Origin: Neodothiora populina
Taxonomy: Eukaryota
DNA length: 64,000 nucleotides
Direction: 5' to 3'
NCBI RefSeq assembly: GCF_041146345.1
Contig: NW_027191409.1
Span: 1,798,001 to 1,862,000, forward strand
Under the pieces are notes generated by a model, which was given only the letters and a program-made list of their open reading frames with translations, was not told the DNA's origin and searched no databases. Of the stretch, positions 12,797 through 22,971 are shown piece after piece (the first letter of the stretch is position 1; each line of letters opens with the position of its first letter). A program made the translations under genes and the position numbers.

Positions 12797-14460
12797 CTAC
12801 AAGAAGAAGAGCGAAACGACGAACACTGCGATAGAGAGGGCGCCGGTGGACACACTGGCCATGGAGCTGGCGCCTGACTGTTGGCCGCCAGAGCTGGTCG
12901 AGTTGGAGCCGGAGCCGGAGCTGGAGCTGTCGGAGTCGGAGTCGGAAGAGCTGCTGTTAGAGCTGCCGGAGCCGGACTTGTCGGCGGGGCTGTAAGAGGG
13001 CTGAGGCTGCGACTTGCCGTTCGACTTGTAGTTCTTGTACAGACCGGGCAAGTTGCTGTCAGTGTCTTCGAGGATGACAAGGCTGAGACCGGTAGCCTCG
13101 GAGCTAGGCGAGTGGACAGTTGCGGGCATGGTGGTTGCGGTGACAGAGACGAGAGATCCGGGATTCTTGGAGGAGATACCCTTGGAGACGAGGTCATCAC
13201 CACCCTTGGGGCGCTCGGGGAGGTCCCAGTTGTTGATGAAAGCGCTCTCGGTGATGAGGGCAGGCTTGCACTGGCTGGCGGCCTGGGCCTCGGCGGTCTT
13301 GTTGACCTTGGTTAAGCTGGCGGTATCGATCTTGGCGAATTGCTTCTCAAGGTTGACGTAGTCGGGAAGCAGGGTGACTTCATCAGTGCTGTTGATGCCG
13401 ACGAGACCATAGTTCTCGGCCTCCTCGCTGTACTCGTAAACGAGGCCACCGGAGAGGACGGTCATCTGGGGACCGTACATGACAGGGACGTTGGTGAAAG
13501 TGCGGGGCTCGATGTTGTTGCAACCGTACTCGGAGAAGAAAACGGGGATGTTGGTACCCTCGAACATCTCAACGAGCTTGTCGTAACCGGAGTCGGTGAA
13601 GGAAGAGTCACCGCACCATTCGTAGTCGTTCAAACCGAAGAAGTCAATCTTGGAGTTGGTCGAGTTCTCCAACTCGCAGCCGAGGTAGTTCCAGGTGTCT
13701 GTGAGCATGGTGGCGACATCGGCAGCAGAGTAACCAACACCGACGGAACGGGCAATGTTGTTGGCAATGTACTCCTTCATGTCACGGACAACAGCACGGA
13801 TGTAGGCAGGAGCCTTGCCGTCACTGTCCTCGTTGATGATCTCGTTACCAGCGAAGAAGCCGAGGGTGTTGGGGTAAGGTGCGAAGGCCTCGATGACACC
13901 GAAGATGTGGGTAAGGTAGTCGGTGGTGTAGGTGGTCCATGGCTTCGAGCGGTCCATGTAGGTGCCGTAGAGACCACTGTTGACATCAAGAAGCATGTAG
14001 ATACCCGCAGCGTTGAAAATGGAAGCACATTCGTCGTGGTTGATGTCAGGTGCCAAGTTATAAACACGGATCACGTTGGCTCCGAGACGTTGCAAGATAA
14101 TGGCATCGCGCAAGCACGCATCCTTGTCGCTCAGAGGGTCAGACTTGCCATCGAAGCCAGCGGAACCTCCAGGTTGGTAACTAAGGTAAAATGCATCAGA
14201 GATTTATCTCCATGGTTGTATCTTGGACCAAAAATTATACTTACTCTACACCAATCATGGAAAATTTGTCTCCAGAGGAGCTTGTGACAAAGTTGGATCC
14301 GGTCACCTTAAGGGGCTGGACAGCGGAACCGAGAGAAGCGAAGAGAGCAGTCGCTGCCAGAGCGACAGACTTGACCGAGACCTATGTGATGGAGATAAGT
14401 ATAAGGGAAAATATGTCTTGGCCACTGGATGCAGGGTGCTGGAATCCTTACGGGCGACAT
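12797..14460 (-). CDS. GH72 beta-1,3-glucanosyltransferase (Gas/Gel family), GPI-anchored, no X8 domain
   Basis: Signal peptide MSPVSVKSVALAATALFASLGSA; GVDYQPGG, DPLSD, GNEIIN and FFSEYGC catalytic motifs; Ser-rich linker and GPI tail. Two 5' introns and strong codon bias. Confidence 0.95.
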
Positions 14461-15099
14461 TTTGCCTTGTGTTCGGTTTCGTCAAACAAAAGCTGGAAAT
14501 TCGATAGAAATCGTTTTCGTCCAAACTTCAGATGTACCAAAGAGTGTGTTGTTGTGGGGGGTTTGTTTTTTCGTGTAAATTGACTATGTAAAAGAGTGAA
14601 TAGTCGTTTACTAGGAAAGAGTACAAGACTGAGGCCGGATAGGCAGTGAGTGGTATGAAGACGAAAAGAAAAAGACTAGTACGCGACGTTCCTACAAGAA
14701 TGTTTTCAAAGGTCGACAGAGGTCGACAAAAGGGGATGTGAAACGCCATCAATGATTCAGTGTGGAATTTTGATATTCATGTGCCTGATGATGTTGCAGT
14801 CGTCGCGGACCAAGCGTTGGTCACGGCGATATCGATCCCATACACTTGTGGAGACGGCGCGACGTCTGAACGCCAAGATGTGTTAACTCGCAGGAGGATT
14901 TGTGGGCAAACCCTAAACGTGCAGATAAGTTGAAACAGTGAGAGGTCCACACCTTAATTTAACTCGAAGGGATACGGTGCAATCGATAGACAATCGAGAC
15001 AATCTACATGATGTCGTCGTAATACGCAGGACTTTCCCCTGCTCTGTTGCTTAGTGCCAGTATACGAGGTACATACGCCGACGGTCATCTATCCAAACA

Positions 15100-17566
15100 T
15101 CACGAACTTCTCCTTCCCATCGGTTCGAAGGGAAACAACGCTGCCACAGCCGCCATGAGGATGTAGAGTGCAGCGCATATGTAGATTGGGATCGATGTTG
15201 CTGTGTCCGCGTACCTGCAAGCAAAGACTCGTTAGTATGGCAAAACGCACAACAATAATAGAAACAACGGAGCGTGGAGATGAGGGTGTAATGTAGTAGC
15301 CAATCTTTGAGAGTGCAATGAATCTTCGAAACTGTGATGCAGAGGACAACAAGTGGTAGCAATGCCTGTAGTAACGCCGAAAGGAGATGCACAAGCGCTG
15401 TTTCGTGGGCGGTTGGGTCGTGCATTGATAGCCCGAGGGTTATGAATGCACAATGCAGTGTTCGAGGCGCAGTCGAAGGAAGCATTCAACGAAATCTCAA
15501 CATACGTAGCGATGACTGCGCTCATGATTCCCATAATACGATTAAGGCCGATAGCAATACCATTGCCGGTGCCACGATGCGCGGACGGCAGAACCTCTGG
15601 GCTATAGGCGTATAATGTTCCGTAATATATGTTCTTGTATCGCAAAGTTAGTCAATCGGCATCAATAGAAGCGCACATTTTCCGCCTTTCAAGGGGCAGA
15701 GATGCGAACACATGGCAAAGCTGTGATAACAACAGAAAGATGTTTCGATGTTGTCAGTGATGGAACCTTTATGGCGGCATTCATGGATGTGAGATAAGAA
15801 CAAGCTCCCGAGTCAGTGAACTTGTCAGAGCCAAGGCGGCTTTCCCGTTACCGATTGCGAAAGGGGAAGTTGCGTCACAAGTTGGATGACTCGTCGAGTT
15901 TCTTGGGCGGCACTTCCTTGTCCACCCAGGATAAGGTAGACAGCAACACGGTCCAGAAATTAGATATTGGAGATTTTATCAAGGCTTACCAGACAGAAAG
16001 AGATGCAGCAAGTAAAGGCCACATTCTGTACCGCGTTGCGGACTTGAGTGTATGCAAAGAAGAATGCCATTGTGATGAGAGCACCGGTGATCTGGACATA
16101 TTTATTAGCGTCGTCGTATATCTGCCCCATATTCCTTTCACGACTTACCATCGTTCCTTTCCTCCCCCAGAAAAAACGGCTCTTGCACATGAATCCAGCC
16201 AAGATGGGACTCGGTATCGAGCTGATATTCGCAAGACAGAAGTTTCGCCATGTTATGTAGGGCGAGTCTTGTCCAAAATCTGCGCCACGAGTGGCCAAGT
16301 ATGTCGGCAGAAAGACATTGTACAGTGGATAAGCGAGACCAATGAGAAGCCATGAGAACCAAATCAGAGCAGTAGACAGTCCCAGTCGTTTTGTCGCAAA
16401 AAGGCCTTTCAGATGAACCCCAACCTCTCTGAATGAGAAGCGAGATTTGGCATGCTCAGTGCCTCCCAGCCCTGTAACACCACAGGCTTCCATTCGTTCC
16501 AGAGTAAGGCTGCATGGACGGTTATATTTGTTGGCGATGAATTGTAGTGTCTCCACAACCTCTGCATCCTTGCCCTCCGCGACAAGAAACTTGGGCGTTT
16601 CTCTTAGCCTGATGACCGTAATGCGTAGAATTGACATGACGAACACAAGGGCGCCGTTCGCATACCACACGTATCGCCAACCTTTGTTGTTGCCATACGT
16701 GCAAGTCTCGGCATCCGAACAAGAGAAATTAGGGAGGAAAGCCCAGGCGAAGAGGCCAGCAACGAGCTGGCCGAGTCCCCACCAAGCAGCCATAAGGGTG
16801 ACGAGCCATTGCTCCTTGCTGGGGATATATTCGAGGAAGACCGCAGTGTCCAAGACCAAATTGCCTCCGGCGCCAAAAGAAGCTAGACAAGCAAAAAGAC
16901 CTAGAACGATCCAGTTCGGTGAAGCACCAGCGACAATACAGAAGACTGATGATATCAACAACGATACGTTGAACGCGAATTTGCGTCCTACGACATCTGC
17001 AGATAAACCCCAGAAGAGGGCGCCGACGAGCATGCCAACGTACACAGCGATCGTCAGACCTAGAGATAGAGCTTTAGCTTGACGCAGAACTTGCTTGGCC
17101 ATGGCTGACTGCATACCATTGGTGTAGGATGGCTGAAATTCGAGCACAGCCTGACCTGCGATGACCGATTGGATGAGTAAGATCTGCGAGTCCACGGCAT
17201 ATCTGTGTTGCATGTTAGTATGAACATCGCCGCCCCCAGTATTGTGCAACGATATTGTATCTCAGCTTGGTCGCGTAGTTCCATACTATCCTGTCTGGTC
17301 TAATGCGCAGCTAGACAGTGGTATGGAGTTCTATGAGCTTACCCGAATCCATTCAACACGAAGAGCTTCCATTGATATCTGGTCATGCCGATTTCATCGA
17401 TGGTATCATTGACAAGTCGCATCTTGGCGTCGAGTACAGGATCAACATGCTCGATAGCGAGGACATCGCCTCTGTCGATGGAAACACTGTCGGGCTGTCG
17501 CTCAACATCAGATTTGGTCGAAATAATTTCCTCATTCTTAGGGTCATCACATGATATCGTCGCCAT
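15100..17566 (-). CDS. MFS transporter (SV2/sugar-porter-like, uncharacterised fungal clade)
   Basis: IGMTRYQWKLFVLNGFG, FWGLSADVVGRK, GGNLVLD, GWRY, ETPKFL, YAYSPEVLPSAHRGTGNG, C-terminal PFEPMGRRSS*; multi-exon. Confidence 0.9.
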
Positions 17567-17734
17567 GATCACAGAAAAAGAGGTGGATAATGCGACAAAA
17601 CTTCAGTGATTCAAGATTAATCCATGATACAACGCGGTTGGTTTAGTACGGAACGGAACTTATGTATGCAGGCTGTGAGCTAATGCCAATCAAGGACAAA
17701 GAGGTGTATAAAAACCTAAGGTATGGCGTGCTAT

Positions 17735-18591
17735 GATAAGGCATGATTTATACCGTGCGGAGTTTCCATTTCCAAGGACTCGGCATCGAAGTTCTGGAGT
17801 ATAAGTGGCATACCAAGACATGCGCATAACGACCTTATCGACCAATAGTTGTGCTGCTCGAGGAAGACAGATGCAGATATGATAGAGCTCGAAGTTGTTT
17901 TACAAGATTACTCGCAGACTGTTGATTGGACTGTCCGCTCAGTGCGCACGATATGGCTAAGGCAATGCGACATGTGAGTTGGAGACCTGCTGTGTGAGCA
18001 GGATCCTCATATCATCTCATGTCCACTGATACCACCCGTGCAGCGAACGTACATACTGTACCTATGTTGTGGTATGCTGATAGCACGCAATCGCTACGAT
18101 AGTTTTGAAATACAGATCGCCTAGGCTCGAAAAAGGATAAGTAGGGTGGGGCTGTGCCAGATGAGGCTGCCCGGTATATATTATTCGAGCGCAGTACGTA
18201 TGTTTCAGCATGACTTCACAAGGGGTGAGGCAGCCAGTTTGTAGCATCTACCTTATCCGAGTAACACGATCGCGCACATATAGTACTTGAGAACATAAAT
18301 GATCTCTTACGATTTGCTCTTGGCTTAGGAATGTTTACTGAGCTATCTGATGGCGCGAGACTCACATTCTCATGTGCTACAATTTTGTGACAAGGTTGAA
18401 GATGGACAACCATTGATCAGTCCAAAGGATTGCAACTTCCTGGAGATGACCATTTACAATTTCTACATCAGGAGTCTAGTCCTGCCGATACAGACACCAG
18501 GGTGATACAAACGCATGCGGTCCCTATAGCACGATATCTCAGGGTCCGGATCGCCTTACACGATGATCTGGGCTATTTGCAAGTAGATAAG
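17735..18591. promoter_or_regulatory. GATAAG cluster in the divergent MFS/TPR promoter
   Basis: GATAAG/CTTATC at 17735, 17834, 18136, 18252 and 18586. Confidence 0.45.
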
Positions 18592-18898
18592 AAGTCCAAT
18601 ACACAATCCCTTGGATATGACCAGGGTCGCCCTCTGTTCATGCGTATCGACCGAACGTGTGGGTGAATACGGGAACGTCATTAGATGATAGACGTCTTGG
18701 CTAAGGTACCTTAGGCTAGCTGCGAGCTAGCCTAAAGTGGCCAAGAGGCGGGATTATGCAAACAATATGATGCACAAAACACATTATGCTGCATCTCTCG
18801 TGCTCACTCGTATTCTGTCTAAGGTACCTTGTTTACCTCACACCGAAGGCAGGTTCGAGCATGTACAGCTGCGCCATAGCGGAGACACGGTCGCACCA

Positions 18899-20599
18899 AT
18901 GCCATCGTCTGAAAAGGTCTCTGCAGATCTGGACTACTACGATCTAGGCTCATTTACCAGAAGAGTCAGCACATCAAATGTTGACGCGCAAACATGGTTT
19001 GATCGCGGTCTCACTTGGAGCTATGCCTTCAATCATGAAGAGGCCAGCGAGTGCTTTCAAAATGCTATCGCCCATGATCCCAATTGCGCGCTGGCTTATT
19101 GGGGTTTGGCCTATTCGCTCGGCCCTAATTATAACAAGCCATGGGAGTTCTTTGACGAGTCTGATCTGGCTGCTACAGTAAGTCGTACTCACCAGGCGGT
19201 TGAGCTGGCAAAGGCAAATGCAATCCATGCTTCGCCTGTCGAGCGTGCACTAATCGACGCGTTACACTATCGCTATGCACAAGATCAAGCACCATCTGAC
19301 TGCTCCATATGGAGTCGTCAATATGCAAATGCGATGCAGACTGTATCCGAAAAGTTCCCGTCAGACTTGGATGTGGCAGCGCTATATGCTGATGCATTGA
19401 TGAACTTGACTCCTTGGCAATTATGGCATCTTTCTACAGGCGAACCCGCCTCGAATGCTCGCACTCTTGAAGTCAAAGCCATTCTCGATACGGCTTTGTC
19501 TCAAAAAGATGGTCTTACTCACCCGGGCCTCTTGCATCTCTACATCCACCTCATGGAGATGTCCCCTTACCCGGAGGCTGCTCTACCCATAGCGGATCAT
19601 CTGCGCAGTCTTGTACCAGATGCAGGACATCTCAATCACATGCCATCTCATCTTGACGTCTTATGCGGGGACTACACAAGAGCCATTGCCTCTAACTCGG
19701 ATGCTATCCGCGTCGATGAGAATTTTTTGGCCAGAGCAGGACCTCTGAAATTCTACACATTGTATCGCTCGCATGATTACCACTTTCTCATTTATGCAGC
19801 CATGTTTGCAGGCCAGTCTCGAATTGCGCTGGAGACTGTCGATCGCTTGGAATCTTCCATTCCAGAAGCTCTGCTTCGTGTTCAGTCTCCACCAATGGCC
19901 GACTGGCTGGAGGGCTTTCTCACTGCGCGTGTGCACGTCCTCATTCGATTCGGTCGCTGGCACGAAATAATGAACCTGACGCTCCCTTGCGATAACACTC
20001 TATACTGTGTCACGACGGCTACTATACACTATGCAAAGGGTATCGCCTCGGCCGCGACTGGGGATCTCGAAGAAGCGGACAAACAGTGTAAACTGTTCCA
20101 AGGAGCAATGCAACGTGTTGCACCGAGTCGTACGCTGTTCAATAACAAGTGCATAGATGTACTGGGCGTCGCTCGAGCCATGCTAAGTGGTGAACTCGAA
20201 TATCGTCGTGGAAGGTTCGAGCTAGCTTTTGACCACCTACGAAGCGCGATCACACTCGATGATGCCCTCCCATATGATGAGCCATGGGGGTGGATGCAGC
20301 CCACTCGACATGCATATGGTGCACTACTGCTGGAACAAGGTCACATCGAACAAGCTGCAGTTGTTTACAGCGCCGACCTGGGAATAGACGACACGTTGCC
20401 ACGTGCTCTTCGCCATCCGAACAATGTCTGGGCGCTACATGGTTACCATGAATGCCTCACGAAGCTTGGTCGCGTATCTGAAGCTCAATCGATCGTACCT
20501 AAGTTAGCCTTGGCCTTAGAGCTTGCCGATGTCCCTGTCAAAAGCTCTTGTTTCTGTAGAAGAGGTGACATACAGAATTTCGGCATGCAGCTCAGCTAG
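18899..20599 (+). CDS. TPR-repeat protein of unknown function (intronless, His-rich family)
   Basis: YYDLG, AQTWFDRGL..YAFNHEEA, AYWGLAY.LGPNYN, HPG..HLYIHLME, AGHLNHMPSH, YDEPWGWMQP.RH, HPNNVW, SSCFCR. Likely start at ATG 18899. Confidence 0.88.
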   Translation: MPSSEKVSADLDYYDLGSFTRRVSTSNVDAQTWFDRGLTWSYAFNHEEASECFQNAIAHDPNCALAYWGLAYSLGPNYNKPWEFFDESDLAATVSRTHQAVELAKANAIHASPVERALIDALHYRYAQDQAPSDCSIWSRQYANAMQTVSEKFPSDLDVAALYADALMNLTPWQLWHLSTGEPASNARTLEVKAILDTALSQKDGLTHPGLLHLYIHLMEMSPYPEAALPIADHLRSLVPDAGHLNHMPSHLDVLCGDYTRAIASNSDAIRVDENFLARAGPLKFYTLYRSHDYHFLIYAAMFAGQSRIALETVDRLESSIPEALLRVQSPPMADWLEGFLTARVHVLIRFGRWHEIMNLTLPCDNTLYCVTTATIHYAKGIASAATGDLEEADKQCKLFQGAMQRVAPSRTLFNNKCIDVLGVARAMLSGELEYRRGRFELAFDHLRSAITLDDALPYDEPWGWMQPTRHAYGALLLEQGHIEQAAVVYSADLGIDDTLPRALRHPNNVWALHGYHECLTKLGRVSEAQSIVPKLALALELADVPVKSSCFCRRGDIQNFGMQLS

Positions 20600-21394
20600 C
20601 AAGACCGAAGTGAGGACCACGAGCGCGATTGCGGACCTGCGCTCCCAAGTAGCTCAGGTTGATACAGTCTTGTAGAATCTACCACCAGAGTGGCAACGGG
20701 CTCTTGTGGTGGAACCGGACGATGCACCGACGACTCCAGACGCGGTAGTCGTTCTTGTATCTGCAGGCTAGGTTGATTCTGATTCGCACGTAGAAGATGA
20801 ATAGACTGTCTCACAAAGTGGCAGGATGATGGAGCTTGCCTCCTGGTACAGACTGAGCAAGGCTGTTGCCCGTCACGTTTCTATTTCCGGGCTCAACATT
20901 CCGTGCATGCGCGTAGTTCACAACTTCTCGTGATTTTGCTCTGTTCCATTGCGATTGAGCATCTACCTTGTACCTTTTAATACATGCCTTAGGTACCTGA
21001 CAGATCTTGTCTGTAAGAGCTAAATTAGAAGGATGTGAGCGTCATGACACTTGCCAAGGACGGGGGACGGGGGGGGGGGGCAGGAAGGATCCCTAAACCT
21101 TGTCATTCTTCTCGACCGACTCGTCCGCTAACTCCGAATGTTTCACATGTGACCGGCGTAAACACGACCCATTGAGCATGATAGAGGGCCGATGATGTCA
21201 ATGACTCTGGTCAAACAGGAAAATACAGGCTGAATAAATGCCATCACTATGGATGTACTTCTCAATTCAAGGGACCATGGTCATCATAATCCACGTATAG
21301 CACAAGTGTCTCAAAATAACATCTAGGAACCTCACAGATCGAGTTGTGTAGTCTTCTTCCGCCGCAAGCTCCGAAAAGAGTTGTAGACCCGAGA

Positions 21395-22546
21395 TCAAGC
21401 CAAGATGCCCGTCCTCGTCCTTTCCTGAGGCCATTTGCCGATCGTATATTGTGAATTGCACATGTTCTCCAACTCCCAGGTTTCTGTAGAAAGATTAATA
21501 AGAGTCGAAAGTGCGACATAGTCAGAGCACTGGGCAGAATAACTTACCTGCACCAAGAACTCCGCGCTCTTGCTCCAGATCTTCCCAGTCGCCGGCTGCG
21601 CCAGCTATAAAGCATGCAGCCATGAAATGGTCATCGGTTCCCTAGCGATGTTAGAGTTTGGTAGATCAGAGAGCAGCAGTCTTGACTAGAACATACGTGT
21701 GCGTGGCGATAGTCAGGATGCTTCATCAGTCTAGTGATCGATCTTCGTAGAGCAGGCCCCCTTTGTTGCGTGAAACAGTCTTCTATGCTTTGTCTGAATT
21801 CCAGCATTGGCTTCTCGGGTGCGCGGAGTTGGGCGAAGTTATCGCGATAGAGAACCATGGGCTCCCAACGATTCCTGTACAAATTGTGAACGGCACCGCC
21901 GGTACCTATCATGAGATAGCCCTCGTTACGCAGAGGTCGCAGAGTCGAGCCAATTTTCATGTGCACATGGGGATCGTAGTAAGCGTTCATGCTGACGATA
22001 GTCGTGGGAGGGCAGCCATTGGGAAACATTCGAATGAGGATGAGGAATGTGTCGTGGATCCAATCGAATTTGTCATTTAGTCCTACTGCCGTCAGCCATA
22101 CCAGTCAACTCGCTGGTTCTTCACTTAATCTTACTTGCATTGAACCCGGCGTCTTGAAGCATCTTGACAACCTTGCCAGAAGTGGGCAGGTCGGGGTTGA
22201 GCTGGTAATGCACATATTTTGACGGGTGAACATATCCCACGGGACTCTTCTCGGGCTTCGGGTTAGCAGAAACGTCGATAGCATCCCCTGATGCATCCCA
22301 GTGAGCGCCCTAGATATTGTTAATGTATAGCAGATCCAGAACAGAACATGGAAAATTACCATCATCACCACGCCTTTGATCCCGTTCGCCAGTGCTTCGT
22401 CGCCACATTGCTTCCAATACGCCGCACTGGAAGAGTCTTCGCCGAGCATCATGGTCGAGCCATGACTGAAGAAATGTACAGGAGTCGGTGCTACTTTGAT
22501 TGTGAGATCGTTATAACAGTCTTTGCAGCCTGCGGAACTCACCCAT
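21395..22546 (-). CDS. Extradiol ring-cleavage dioxygenase, class III LigB / DOPA 4,5-dioxygenase-like
   Basis: Spliced model MAPTPVHFFSHGS..., GAHW, DWIHDT, LRPLRNEGYLMIGTGGAVHNL, AHGTDDHF, ETWEL; stop 21397-21395. Confidence 0.88.
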
Positions 22547-22723
22547 GGCGTGCGATGTTTGGAACTGATGTCAATGTCTAATCTTGCTGCAAGATACAAG
22601 TGCCAAATGCTCCAGCTAAGCAGATGTAAAGTGAACAGTGAATTGTTTATTATTACGGACCTCCTAAGCACATGCTCTCCTTGCGACTACTCCAATTCCA
22701 GTAATGCCAGAATTGTGAGTGCA

Positions 22724-22748
22724 TCGGGAAGTGTGCCCACCTTCCCGA
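22724..22748. promoter_or_regulatory. CGG-containing inverted repeat TCGGGAAG-N9-CTTCCCGA in the dioxygenase/TF divergent promoter
   Basis: Perfect 8-bp arms at 22724-22731 and 22741-22748. Confidence 0.45.
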
Positions 22749-22971
22749 CATTTATACTTCGCCCCGGCCGCCACAAAGTGGGGGCAGCTGCGGGGTAGAA
22801 GCTAACGAGCTTCGCGGCCGTTCCACATTTACATTCCAGTCACTTGAACGAGTCGGAACGTCAACCCCCACAGCGCTTCTCTCCTCCACACATGTCGACA
22901 AGAGCAGGACAGGTTTGCCGACAACGACTCGATTCCGTAGCTGCACTCAGGCGGCCTTTTGTTAGTGGGCG

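Noticed and set aside
13340..14287. 315-aa ORF antisense to GH72
   Set aside because: Shadow ORF caused by strong codon bias on the opposite strand; no motifs.
18737..18898. N-terminal extension of the TPR ORF
   Set aside because: Begins at GTG in the track; family-like sequence starts just after ATG 18899.
21062..21080. Poly-G tract as a G-quadruplex element
   Set aside because: Simple homopolymer between convergent genes; no further support.
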